Origin: a virus | Virus genome (UHGV): UHGV-0375936 | Direction: 5' to 3' (one strand) | Length of the DNA stretch: 64,000 bases | Part shown: positions 1-8,784 of the stretch, one piece after another | How positions within the stretch are numbered: position 1 is the first letter of the stretch | Layout: every line of letters starts with the position of its first letter | Translations under genes and position numbers: made by a program | Notes under the pieces: model-generated | Database searches by the model: none | Told to the model about the DNA's origin: nothing | The model's input: only the letters and a program-made list of their open reading frames with translations

Positions 1-1
1 T

Positions 2-2770
2 AAAACTGCAACCCGTGTAAATGCTCAGTATCTGGATAACATGCGATTGGCACAGTACGGATTTAGAGATCATGACGAGTGGTCTTCCGATGATGGCGCA
101 AAAGCACGTTATTTAGAAGACAACTTGAAACCGTATATCTCTTATACAGAGAATGGTCAAGCACAGTTGCGTGGTTTGTCCGGTGACGACGTGAAGAAAC
201 TGGCCGAAGGGTTTGGTACTAACGTAGAAGACAAAGGCGAAATGCTGGCGTTTAGTGCGTTTATGCTACAACGTTTTGTGCCGATCTATTTACGTTGGAT
301 TACGGCACTGAAATCCATGGATAATGATATCGCGTTAGCAGATGTCGGTAATCCTGCGAAAGTGTCGAAAGCGGACATGCTGAGTATCTTCAACAAAATG
401 AAGATGTCGAAAGATGCACCTGCTTTCCGTGCTTTAGAAGACCCCCGTAAGGTTAACCAAGGTTGGTTCTCTAAAGCGTGGGATTTCGTAACGTTTACCC
501 CGGCCGAGTTTTTGTCAGGCGAAGAAGTCGTTGAAGCGCAAGAACGCGTGCTTCGTTCGATTAACATGCGTCGTGATGAAAAACGTAAGGATGTAAATGC
601 TACAGGCGGTGTGGCCGAAGGACACAAAGTTGCTTCTGTGGCAGAATCGACCCAAGCGTTGGCTCAAGCGGATGCGGAACGCAACAAAGAAGTTGCGAAA
701 GTTGAAGGTTGGGAAGACGGCACCGAACAAGTTCAGGTTCAAGTCGACTGGAGAAGTTTACCTAAAGAAACCGATCTTCGTGATTTAGAATCTGTAAGGT
801 TGAAAGCTTATGGCGCGGTGAGCATTACTCAAACAACCCGTAACCTCTATACGCTCTTGGAACGTCAAGTGTTGCAAGACACCGATGTGAAAAGCTGTAC
901 GTATAAAGGCGACTGGAAACGTGCGATTGCGGTGATTGCGCCTGACGCCATTGGTGGGCCAAAAGAAGATCGGTACAAGAACTGGTTCTATAACCGCTTC
1001 TTGCCTGTCTTCATGACGTACATCGTTGGGGTAAAACGTTATGTTCCTGCCGCCGATCCGATGGACCTACGCGTTACGGGTGGGTTCTTGTATGAAATCG
1101 CACTGATGATGCGTGGTGCATACAACCTGAAAGGGGGTATTCGTCAGTCAGTGTGGGAGGTACCGTTTAACCCGTTAGGGGGAGACGCTAACACCGACGC
1201 TGGTTCAGTTGCAACAGAGTTAGAGAACCTGAAAGAACTGTCTAAGGAAGCTGACTTGGCAGTACGTAAAACGCTGCGTGCTACGCCTTCTGCGGGTTTC
1301 CGTGTGAACTGGCAGCGAAAAGATCGTGCGACCCAGATGTTCTTGACTGACGATGAGAAGGAGCAACCGACTCGACCACAGATGAACACCTCCTCCTCTT
1401 ATCGTGACCTATTGCAACCGGCAGCGAACGACGGTGGGAATTACGGCACACCAAACGATTTGGCCGGTGCTTACGGTAAGATGGGAGCTAAGAATTACGC
1501 CGCATTTACTACCGGTAACTTCGGCGTGAAACTTGGCGATATGCAAGACGGTGACTATAAAACGTTAGCGGCTAAGTATCCAATTTCAACGTTGGGTGAC
1601 GGATTGAAGCCTAACTTGAATGCGGTTGCAGCACTGATTACAGACGTAGCGAAGATGATGGGTGTTCCTCCAGCGTTAGCACTGGGAATGGCACAAGCAG
1701 AATCTGGGCTTAGATACGGTATCAAAGCTAAAGGAAGTTCTGCGGCTGGCTTGTTCCAGTTCATCAACGATACCTGGGGTGCGCAGATGAAAGCTTATGC
1801 GAGACGTTATGGTATCCCGCAAACCAACCAGTATGACCCGTGGGCGAATGCTCTGCTTGGCGTCCGTCATATTCGTGATAATATCGAGAAAGCCAGAAAG
1901 GATTTAGGTGGTATCGATCCTCCAGGTGCAGCTGTTTACCTCTACCACTTCTTAGGACAAGGTGGCGGTAAGAAATTCCTGCAAGAATGGAAGCGTGATC
2001 CGAACGGCCCATCGTCGCGTGGTGCGTCGGCCGATCAAATCGCGGCAAACAGCACAATTTTCTACAAGAATGGAAAATTGCGTAGTTTGGATGAAGTGCT
2101 CAACATCATGGGTGGTAAGATTGGTGCCGTAGGAACAAACGCGATCGCGGCTAACCAGGCATCGCTGAAAGACTTGACGACAGGCGTAACGCCAATGCCG
2201 TCTTCCCCGGCTATCGCTGCAGGTGCCGCTAACGATCCGTCTATCACAGGCCCGGCAGATAACCTGCCAGCCGCGAACGAGGCGAATCGCGACTCCGCTT
2301 TAGCAGACAAAGGCGCGATGGGTGCTGAAGATATTAAAGCTGCAACGGGTGGTGGTCCGGCTGTGCCGAGTCCCGGTGGCGATGTCACGCCGAGCGATGC
2401 GTCAGTTGTTGTAGAGACGGTGGGTCAAAATGCACGTGCTGATGGCCTGGCCGAAGAGGAAGTTGCCAAAGTAAAAGAAGGTGCTAGACAGCAGATGGAG
2501 AAATCGACCCGCCCTGCACCAACGGTAACTTCCGATGCTCAGACCGCTTCTACAGTGAACAGTGGTGATCCGATTAGCGTACAACAGCTGGCGGTTGCAA
2601 AAGAGTCTGCGGGCTATCTGAGAGAGATTGTAACAATTCTTCGTCAGCGACCACAGGCTATGCAAAACGGTCCGGCTAACCCGGCGTCAACCGCTCCGGG
2701 TTCGGCGTCACGTAACGTGTCAATAACTCAACCCGCGCCGAAACTCGACGTTAGTCGTAAATCAGCGTAA
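2..2770 (+). CDS. Large virion-associated protein with soluble lytic transglycosylase (SLT-like) domain; 5' end probably outside window
   Basis: Frame is open from window edge (no in-frame stop before first ATG at 41); SLT motif AESGLRYG...AAGLFQF around aa 555-585; Ala/Pro/Gly/Ser-rich C-terminal tail; hairpin terminator follows. Confidence 0.7.
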   Translation, partial: KTATRVNAQYLDNMRLAQYGFRDHDEWSSDDGAKARYLEDNLKPYISYTENGQAQLRGLSGDDVKKLAEGFGTNVEDKGEMLAFSAFMLQRFVPIYLRWITALKSMDNDIALADVGNPAKVSKADMLSIFNKMKMSKDAPAFRALEDPRKVNQGWFSKAWDFVTFTPAEFLSGEEVVEAQERVLRSINMRRDEKRKDVNATGGVAEGHKVASVAESTQALAQADAERNKEVAKVEGWEDGTEQVQVQVDWRSLPKETDLRDLESVRLKAYGAVSITQTTRNLYTLLERQVLQDTDVKSCTYKGDWKRAIAVIAPDAIGGPKEDRYKNWFYNRFLPVFMTYIVGVKRYVPAADPMDLRVTGGFLYEIALMMRGAYNLKGGIRQSVWEVPFNPLGGDANTDAGSVATELENLKELSKEADLAVRKTLRATPSAGFRVNWQRKDRATQMFLTDDEKEQPTRPQMNTSSSYRDLLQPAANDGGNYGTPNDLAGAYGKMGAKNYAAFTTGNFGVKLGDMQDGDYKTLAAKYPISTLGDGLKPNLNAVAALITDVAKMMGVPPALALGMAQAESGLRYGIKAKGSSAAGLFQFINDTWGAQMKAYARRYGIPQTNQYDPWANALLGVRHIRDNIEKARKDLGGIDPPGAAVYLYHFLGQGGGKKFLQEWKRDPNGPSSRGASADQIAANSTIFYKNGKLRSLDEVLNIMGGKIGAVGTNAIAANQASLKDLTTGVTPMPSSPAIAAGAANDPSITGPADNLPAANEANRDSALADKGAMGAEDIKAATGGGPAVPSPGGDVTPSDASVVVETVGQNARADGLAEEEVAKVKEGARQQMEKSTRPAPTVTSDAQTASTVNSGDPISVQQLAVAKESAGYLREIVTILRQRPQAMQNGPANPASTAPGSASRNVSITQPAPKLDVSRKSA

Positions 2771-2779
2771 TAACAACAG

Positions 2780-2807
2780 GGGGGTAGGAAACTACCCCCG
2801 TTTTTTT
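2780..2807 (+). terminator. Rho-independent terminator
   Basis: GGGGGTAG-gaaa-CTACCCCC stem-loop followed by T7 run, directly after stop at 2770. Confidence 0.7.
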
Positions 2808-2818
2808 AGAGGTAAAAC

Positions 2819-4990
2819 GTGGACGCTAGATCAGCTAACGACTCAAGCTGGGTCAGAAATCTATTTAAGGGAGAGTTGGAAGGCCGAGATGAACGTTTTC
2901 TGGCCTTGCGACGCTACTCTAACGGTATGATGTCTTTTGAAGATACGACCATGGGCGGTAGTAAAGCGATTAATAGCCCTCCGCAGTTTACGTGGTTTGC
3001 AGACCCCCCATCAACTGGGGCATTTGCACGACCCGGTAATCGTGAGGCGGAGAAAAAGGCGTTGGCTAACGGTATGCCAACCGCTTCTTATCGCTTAGGG
3101 ACGTATTATTACGAAAGTATTAACCAAAATTCGTTTTACGTACATTGCCGTTTCGGCAAACCGAAATATCTGGGCATGGCCGCGTTCTTTGCGAATATGT
3201 ACGATTCCAACTTAGCATATTTAGCGCGTACGGGTGACTATCCGGGAATGATCCGTACGATAGCAAGTTATATCGGCGCGGCAGCGATATGGGCAACGGT
3301 GGGTACTGTCGCTTTTGCGGTAATTTTAATTACTCCACGCATTCTCGCGGCAGCGTTGAATAAAGAAACGTCGCGTTATTATTACGTTAAACCGACGATG
3401 CATCTGTATTTGCGTGCTGTACAGAACATCTTGAATACGCAACTTGTTTATCGTCGTTTGGTTCCTACGGGTATCTTAGGTACCTTCCAGGTCAGTCAAG
3501 ACGGAGATGGAAAAGGGAACAAAAAAGCACGCGATGAGGCTTTTGAAGCGTTACCGGAGGTTTGGAAAAAGGGCGGTGAATTCGATGTCTTTAAGATGAT
3601 CAACCGTTATCAAACTTTGGCGAACTATCAGAATCAACGTTTAAAAGAGCTTCGTAAGCAGTCCTCAAGTGACGACGAACTCGCCGAGCGGATACGAAAT
3701 TTCTATCTGGATAGCACGTATGGTGCAGCTTCGTATTCTGACGATGTGAGAAATTACGAAGTTTCTTTGCAAGACATGGAACGGTTAGCCGCTTCCGAAC
3801 GCGGTGGTTATGCGGCGAAAGACGCGTCGGGTAAAGATATTAACAGCGTTGATGAACTGGAGAAAGGGGTTCTCGATGCGTTTAGTTCCGGGTTACAAAC
3901 TGGGGGAACGGCAAGCGACCTAGAGGCGCAGGCGGCAGAAATCCAAAACAAAATGAATGAGGATTTGGAAAATGCCGATGCGAGTAACCTCACCGAGGGA
4001 CAACAGAATACGATACAGTCCTGGGCGGATAAAGGTAAAGAATCAACCATGGAGACGTTCTTCGGCGACTTTGTTAAAGTGGTTGGCGAACAGATTGAAG
4101 GGATTAAAGCACAGGCGCTGTCCGAAATCTACAATGGTTCTCAGTGGGTGACCTGGAGAATCGATGGGAAGGACACCGTCTCTCGTTCGTTCTCTAACTC
4201 CACAAAAGAGCCGGAGATTTCTAGTACAGTTAACTCAATGACGGCGAAAGCTCGTCAACTTGAAGTAAACTTGTCTGGCGGGCAAACCGGCTTCAACGCT
4301 GTCGATTCATTAATTACAGGCTTTAAGTCCGTAATGCGTGGGTTAGCAGATACGCTGCATTTAACGGGGATTATGTCGTTATATAACTCATCCGTCATCG
4401 ACTTCCCAGAGGTGTGGGACAGTTCAGATGCCTCGGGTGACGATATTAACTTGACAATACCTTTACGTGCGTGGTCGGGAAGTGACCTGGATATCTTCCA
4501 GGAGATTCTAGTGCCGCTGTCCTTTTGGATCGCCGCAGTATGTCCAATTGCGACGGGTAAACAATCATTCACACATCCGTTTTATTTGGAATGTTACTCA
4601 CAAGGCCGATTCTCGTTCCGTAATGCTATCGTGACTTCTTTGTCTTTACAATTCGGTGTTGGTGGTTTAGGTTGGCGACCAGGTGATTCTGTTCCACTGT
4701 CTTGTGATATCAATGTTACCATCCGCGATTTGTCCCGTGTGATGTATATGCCCATCGTTACAGACACTGGTGTTTGGGACGACGATAATAAATTCAGTGA
4801 GTTTATGGCGTGTTTGGGTGCAGCGACGTTGTACGAGCGTACGAACGGTATAGAGCGTGCCAAGATCCAGGGAAGCATTTGGGCACAGAACTGGGCATCT
4901 GCATGGTCACAAGGCAGCTTTATCAACTCTGCGTTTGATGTGCTTCCAGCACGCCAGATCGCGAACATCTTCTTGCCGCAAGCACGTTAA
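2819..4990 (+). CDS. Hypothetical membrane-associated protein (723 aa), GTG start
   Basis: GAGG 6 nt upstream of GTG; long ORF; hydrophobic helix IGAAAIWATVGTVAFAVILI; same strand/operon as SLT protein. Confidence 0.6.
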   Translation: MDARSANDSSWVRNLFKGELEGRDERFLALRRYSNGMMSFEDTTMGGSKAINSPPQFTWFADPPSTGAFARPGNREAEKKALANGMPTASYRLGTYYYESINQNSFYVHCRFGKPKYLGMAAFFANMYDSNLAYLARTGDYPGMIRTIASYIGAAAIWATVGTVAFAVILITPRILAAALNKETSRYYYVKPTMHLYLRAVQNILNTQLVYRRLVPTGILGTFQVSQDGDGKGNKKARDEAFEALPEVWKKGGEFDVFKMINRYQTLANYQNQRLKELRKQSSSDDELAERIRNFYLDSTYGAASYSDDVRNYEVSLQDMERLAASERGGYAAKDASGKDINSVDELEKGVLDAFSSGLQTGGTASDLEAQAAEIQNKMNEDLENADASNLTEGQQNTIQSWADKGKESTMETFFGDFVKVVGEQIEGIKAQALSEIYNGSQWVTWRIDGKDTVSRSFSNSTKEPEISSTVNSMTAKARQLEVNLSGGQTGFNAVDSLITGFKSVMRGLADTLHLTGIMSLYNSSVIDFPEVWDSSDASGDDINLTIPLRAWSGSDLDIFQEILVPLSFWIAAVCPIATGKQSFTHPFYLECYSQGRFSFRNAIVTSLSLQFGVGGLGWRPGDSVPLSCDINVTIRDLSRVMYMPIVTDTGVWDDDNKFSEFMACLGAATLYERTNGIERAKIQGSIWAQNWASAWSQGSFINSAFDVLPARQIANIFLPQAR

Positions 4991-5006
4991 TGTTTGAGAG
5001 GAAATA

Positions 5007-5570
5007 ATGGCTAATACGCTATTAGGTAAATCAGGAAAACAGCTGGTTTATGAGTTATTAGTAAAAAAGAATCCAGGTTTGGTAGAGAAAGGTATTACAA
5101 TCGATAAGTTGAATTTTGGCACACCGGCACTTATCCCTGCGGTAGAAACACCAGAAACTCAATTTACGCGATTAAATACCCAACTTAGCGTCCAGGGAAT
5201 TATTGAACAGAAAACGTTTGGTAAAATTGACGTTATTTATCGTCGATTGGATTTAGAACACCTCTTAGGTGACTTTGTAGTTTCTGTTGCGGGTATCAAT
5301 GCGGCTACGGTATCTGAGGTACTACAGCTTTTTCGCACTAAGTACAATTTGCAGATTACCGACGATGAAGTTGAGAACCCAACAGCTGCACCGGACAGCA
5401 AAGATAAAACCATCATTATCATGAATGGGAGATCTTTGGCGTGGACGGGGCGGTTGGAGGTGTACTTGACAGAGCTACCGTCCGACGGTAAGGATATTTC
5501 GAAGTTGATTAAAGTCACCGAACTTGACGGTTTGACGTATATCTCTTCTGGGATTGTTCCAGGCGCTTAA
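5007..5570 (+). CDS. Hypothetical protein (187 aa)
   Basis: ORF with GAGAGGAAATA-ATG spacing; 16 nt after previous stop; followed by terminator. Confidence 0.6.
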   Translation: MANTLLGKSGKQLVYELLVKKNPGLVEKGITIDKLNFGTPALIPAVETPETQFTRLNTQLSVQGIIEQKTFGKIDVIYRRLDLEHLLGDFVVSVAGINAATVSEVLQLFRTKYNLQITDDEVENPTAAPDSKDKTIIIMNGRSLAWTGRLEVYLTELPSDGKDISKLIKVTELDGLTYISSGIVPGA

Positions 5571-5596
5571 AAAAGAAAAAAAAATAAGAAAGTTAA

Positions 5597-5630
5597 CCTA
5601 CCTCCTTTCGGAGGTAGGTGCTTTTATTTA
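5597..5630. terminator. Bidirectional rho-independent terminator between convergent genes
   Basis: CCTACCTCC-tttcg-GAGGTAGG hairpin flanked by A-run upstream and T-rich run downstream. Confidence 0.6.
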
Positions 5631-6461
5631 TTTCGCCAAGTCTGCTTCTTTTACAAAGATACCGTCGGCATTCAGGTAACCTTTACGGTCTTTGATTTCG
5701 TGCCAGGCCAAAGAGAAACAATGGCGAATATCCAGTTTGTAATACAAGGCGATACGGGCAAGATGGGCTAAACCCAGGCTGACGAAATCGAAACCATGAT
5801 CTTTACCTTCCATAAAGGTTGTGGCAAAACTTTCAATAGCGTGAAGGTATTGTTGATGTGGGTATCCAGCGTTGTTTAAATTTTCTTCAACTTCAGCTAC
5901 ATCTTCCACGCCTAAGCGTAGACCAGACTCGATGCAGTCTTCTGCCACTGTAAGGTGACCAGAATACGCATCCCCTAATTCGATGATGTTTACCAGAACC
6001 ACCAACGCATCACCAATACCATCCATGATCAGTTCAGGTTTGTTTTTACTGATACCCGCCGCAATTTCACCTAACTCTTCAAAGAACTTCGTGATTTGGG
6101 TTTCCAGTTTGCCGTTATCGAGAATCCCACGTTCTTTAGACCAACCTTTAACGAGTTTTACACATTTTGCGATCGTGCAAACTAGAACAGATTCTGTATG
6201 CATTACCGTACCGTTATAAACGGCATCGGTAAGCTTAATAGGCGCTACAATCGTTTCAATATCCAGTTCTTGATTACCGGTGTGGCGTTTACCTTCTACA
6301 CGAATACGGTTAGTACCAGGATTTACCCCGATGGTGTAGATGGCATCAAATTGAATTGCTTTCTCATTCAGAGCACGCAGTTGTGCGTTAACTTCTTCCA
6401 GGTGCTGACCAGGATTAACTACGATGTTGTAAATAGCGTTGATGTCAAAACGTTCGCCCAT
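5628..6461 (-). CDS. MazG-like nucleoside triphosphate pyrophosphohydrolase domain protein (277 aa)
   Basis: Central segment ITKFFEELGEIAAGISKNKPELIMDGIGDALVVLVNIIELGD resembles MazG/all-alpha NTP-PPase EExxE...D motif; N-terminal part unassigned. Confidence 0.45.
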   Translation of the reverse strand: MGERFDINAIYNIVVNPGQHLEEVNAQLRALNEKAIQFDAIYTIGVNPGTNRIRVEGKRHTGNQELDIETIVAPIKLTDAVYNGTVMHTESVLVCTIAKCVKLVKGWSKERGILDNGKLETQITKFFEELGEIAAGISKNKPELIMDGIGDALVVLVNIIELGDAYSGHLTVAEDCIESGLRLGVEDVAEVEENLNNAGYPHQQYLHAIESFATTFMEGKDHGFDFVSLGLAHLARIALYYKLDIRHCFSLAWHEIKDRKGYLNADGIFVKEADLAK

Positions 6462-6480
6462 TCTAAAACTCCATTAGATT

Positions 6481-6524
6481 AACAAAAAAAGAATAAAGAT
6501 TAGGGGTGCTACATAAGCACCCCG
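6481..6524 (-). terminator. Rho-independent terminator (minus strand)
   Basis: GGGGTGCT-tatgtag-AGCACCCC hairpin followed on minus strand by T-rich run (revcomp of aacaaaaaaagaataaag). Confidence 0.55.
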
Positions 6525-6531
6525 TGAACTG

Positions 6532-6675
6532 TTAAATTTTGCAAGCCCCGCCTGAGCAGTTATCGTCTTCCGTAGTTGGGTCAGCACCCTTCTCTACGGT
6601 AGCTTCCGGGTCTAAGCCAGGGATTGCAAATTCGTCAGTTTCTTTAACGGTTTCTGCTTTAACTTCTTCAGTCAT
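6532..6675 (-). CDS. Small acidic peptide (47 aa) ending CSGGACKI
   Basis: ORF not in track (below size cutoff); ATG overlaps stop of upstream ORF as ATGA; translation MTEEVKAETVKETDEFAIPGLDPEATVEKGADPTTEDDNCSGGACKI. Confidence 0.35.
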   Translation of the reverse strand: MTEEVKAETVKETDEFAIPGLDPEATVEKGADPTTEDDNCSGGACKI

Positions 6676-6896
6676 TTTTTAGTTTCCAAATTTCTTACAA
6701 AGGGGTTAACAGTTTTGATATTAAGGTTAGCGAACGGCGACAGAAGTTTCGCCATCGGTGCTAGACCTGGCGGCGTCTCTTTATATCGCACGATGCGCAT
6801 CTTCGATTTACCAGGACCCTTACGTACACGGTTGTAGCCAATAAAATATAGAGTACCTGTAAAGTATCTCAGGCTGTGAAAGCGTGGCTTCTTCAT
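6672..6896 (-). CDS. Small basic protein (74 aa), translationally coupled to downstream acidic peptide
   Basis: ORF in track; stop TGA overlaps ATG of 6532-6675 ORF (ATGA); weak RBS. Confidence 0.4.
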   Translation of the reverse strand: MKKPRFHSLRYFTGTLYFIGYNRVRKGPGKSKMRIVRYKETPPGLAPMAKLLSPFANLNIKTVNPFVRNLETKK

Positions 6897-6927
6897 TAGA
6901 TTTCCACTCGAATGTGATAGGTTCTAA

Positions 6928-7374
6928 TTAACCCATTAAATGGATTACAACGTCTTTAGTTACTGAGTTTGCAAGTAAGCGGAAGAACTTCATGTAACGG
7001 AACATGCTAAAGAAAACCCCAGCGTCGTCTATAATGACAAGGCTGTATTTTTCTTTTTCTGTACCCATTTGGTAACCGCTGATTTGTGTGATGTTTTCCG
7101 GTAATTCTTCGAGACCCAAACGGAATAGCACATCGTCCTCTAAGAACCCTTTTGGGTTAACGAACAACACTTTCCCTTTATGGTTCTTAGCTAACTCGAC
7201 ACCGAAGTCTGTAAGCCCCATCTGCCTACCTGTACCGTAGCGGATAGTACGAAATTCAGATAAGGCATTGGGACCATAACGTTCGGTAAATGGGTTATCT
7301 TTAGAATCCAGATCAGTTAAACCTTTTGATAATTCTTCTACTACGATGTTATAGTTAACATGAGTTTTAGACAT
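6928..7374 (-). CDS. Hypothetical protein (148 aa)
   Basis: ORF on minus strand between td exon 2 and small ORF pair. Confidence 0.55.
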   Translation of the reverse strand: MSKTHVNYNIVVEELSKGLTDLDSKDNPFTERYGPNALSEFRTIRYGTGRQMGLTDFGVELAKNHKGKVLFVNPKGFLEDDVLFRLGLEELPENITQISGYQMGTEKEKYSLVIIDDAGVFFSMFRYMKFFRLLANSVTKDVVIHLMG

Positions 7375-7403
7375 TTCAATGTTCCTTTTAGTTAAGTGGC
7401 GGC

Positions 7404-7700
7404 TTACACCGCGACAGGCGCAGCAATATGTGGATGTGCTTGATAGCCGACTAATTCGAAGTCTTCGTATTTATAATCGAAGATAGAATCAGGTTTACGT
7501 TTGATATCCAGTTTAGGCAGCGGATAAGGCTCTCGCGTAAGCTGAAGTTTTGCTTGTTCCAGATGGTTAGAATACAGATGAACGTCTACACCACTATAAA
7601 CCAACTCGTCCGGAACCATATCCAATTGCTGTGCAATCATGTGGGTCAAGATCGCGTAGGAAGCGATGTTAAATGGCAAACCTAAGAATACGTCATTACT
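7404..7700 (-). CDS. thyA: Thymidylate synthase, exon 2
   Basis: Encodes [20 protein letters not shown]...[10 protein letters not shown], the conserved TS C-terminal half; in-frame stop 7 codons upstream of the annotated Met shows the exon must be joined by splicing. Confidence 0.85.
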   Translation of the reverse strand, partial: SNDVFLGLPFNIASYAILTHMIAQQLDMVPDELVYSGVDVHLYSNHLEQAKLQLTREPYPLPKLDIKRKPDSIFDYKYEDFELVGYQAHPHIAAPVAV

Positions 7701-8784
7701 CATTACGTTCAGATGCGGTCGTTAGTCGCATCCCGCGCCATTACGCGCAGCTGCATGTCACCATGCAGATCGGACTATATCACCCTCTACATTGTAGAGG
7801 CTCTCCCGTTTCGAGAACACTTGTTCCCTACGAACAGTCACGTTCTAGTCTCTGGGCATTTATCTGACCATTTCCATGTGGCATATTTTGGATTTTTACT
7901 GTTTACCCTCCAGAGGACAACGGTTGTGTGTTTACCTAGCTGTCTTCCGGCCTCTGTAATACTTTCGTATTCAATGCCGTCAATGTTTACTGGTCTGCTG
8001 TTTGTGGGCTTGGTACCCATCCTGCGTTCGGCAAGTTTACGTTTAGTCTCGTCAGAATGGTGTTTACCGTAAAAAGGATTTTTCTCTCCAACACGCTGCG
8101 CAGCAATGATGGATAGCTTTCTACGTGTTTCCTCACTGCGTTTTATCCCGAGACACGGTGAGGTATTATGTTTATACCATTCTGCTAACTTTTCACTCAT
8201 TTTCTTCCTGGATTCGGGAGTATGTGTGCGACCATACATGCCGTTTGCCTTGCCGAATTTACCGTAAATTTTTTGACGTTCTTCCTTTGACATTTTTGAG
8301 AATCTTCGATAGAGTGAGTTAGTCATTTTTTGAATAATCTCTGCCCTTCTTGGATTCCTGCTAATGCAATCGTAACCGCATTCGATGTTAACAAATCCTT
8401 TTTCACTACTAATCATTTTCTGTTCGAGCTCGCGCGCCTCCGCTTTAGATGTGCAAGGCACGATAGTTGGGTTACCGTCGTATCTATACCCTTCATTCCA
8501 GATTTTCTGGAGTGTAAAGTTATGATGCGTACCTTTCTCTAACAGATTTAAATGAATTTTGATACGCTCGTTGAAATCACGAGTCTCTCCGACGTAGCGA
8601 AAACGTTTTTCACCTTTTACGAAAGTAATAATGTAAACAACTGCCATAGGACCTCCTTTGTTTCATATTAAAAGGCTGTCCTAGAAATGGTTCGAATTTA
8701 GCAACGGGTTCTCTCCGTAGAGTTCTTCCCGTTTTAAGGAGAGTTTTTCGACTAAGGTCACCCTTAGAAGGCGCAGTTATGTTT
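7701..8784 (-). mobile_element. Group I self-splicing intron (1084 nt) interrupting thymidylate synthase, carrying a homing endonuclease ORF
   Basis: Lies between TS halves; exon 1 ends in U (CGU), intron ends in G (..GUAAUG); group I-like elements GAUAUAGUCC, GAUCUGCA and GACUA in 3' part; 5' part resembles the T4 td intron as recalled from memory. Confidence 0.7.
7838..8647 (-). CDS. Intron-encoded GIY-YIG homing endonuclease (I-TevI-like)
   Basis: N-terminal VVYIITF...RFRYVGET (GIY...YIG) with downstream R, E residues; repeated G..H..E.RRK.S linker motifs; own SD AAGGAGG before ATG. Confidence 0.85.
   Translation of the reverse strand: MAVVYIITFVKGEKRFRYVGETRDFNERIKIHLNLLEKGTHHNFTLQKIWNEGYRYDGNPTIVPCTSKAEARELEQKMISSEKGFVNIECGYDCISRNPRRAEIIQKMTNSLYRRFSKMSKEERQKIYGKFGKANGMYGRTHTPESRKKMSEKLAEWYKHNTSPCLGIKRSEETRRKLSIIAAQRVGEKNPFYGKHHSDETKRKLAERRMGTKPTNSRPVNIDGIEYESITEAGRQLGKHTTVVLWRVNSKNPKYATWKWSDKCPETRT

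Noticed and set aside
286-2665. Multiple minus-strand ORFs (for example 286-627, 1144-1389, 2062-2388, 2402-2665) inside the large plus-strand gene
   Set aside because: They lie antisense within a long ORF that carries a recognisable SLT domain, have no RBS context and look like shadow ORFs.
8680-8700. tRNA-like GGTTCGAA (T-loop-like) sequence
   Set aside because: It sits inside the group I intron 5' segment and no cloverleaf with acceptor or anticodon arms can be drawn around it; no tRNA genes were found in the window.
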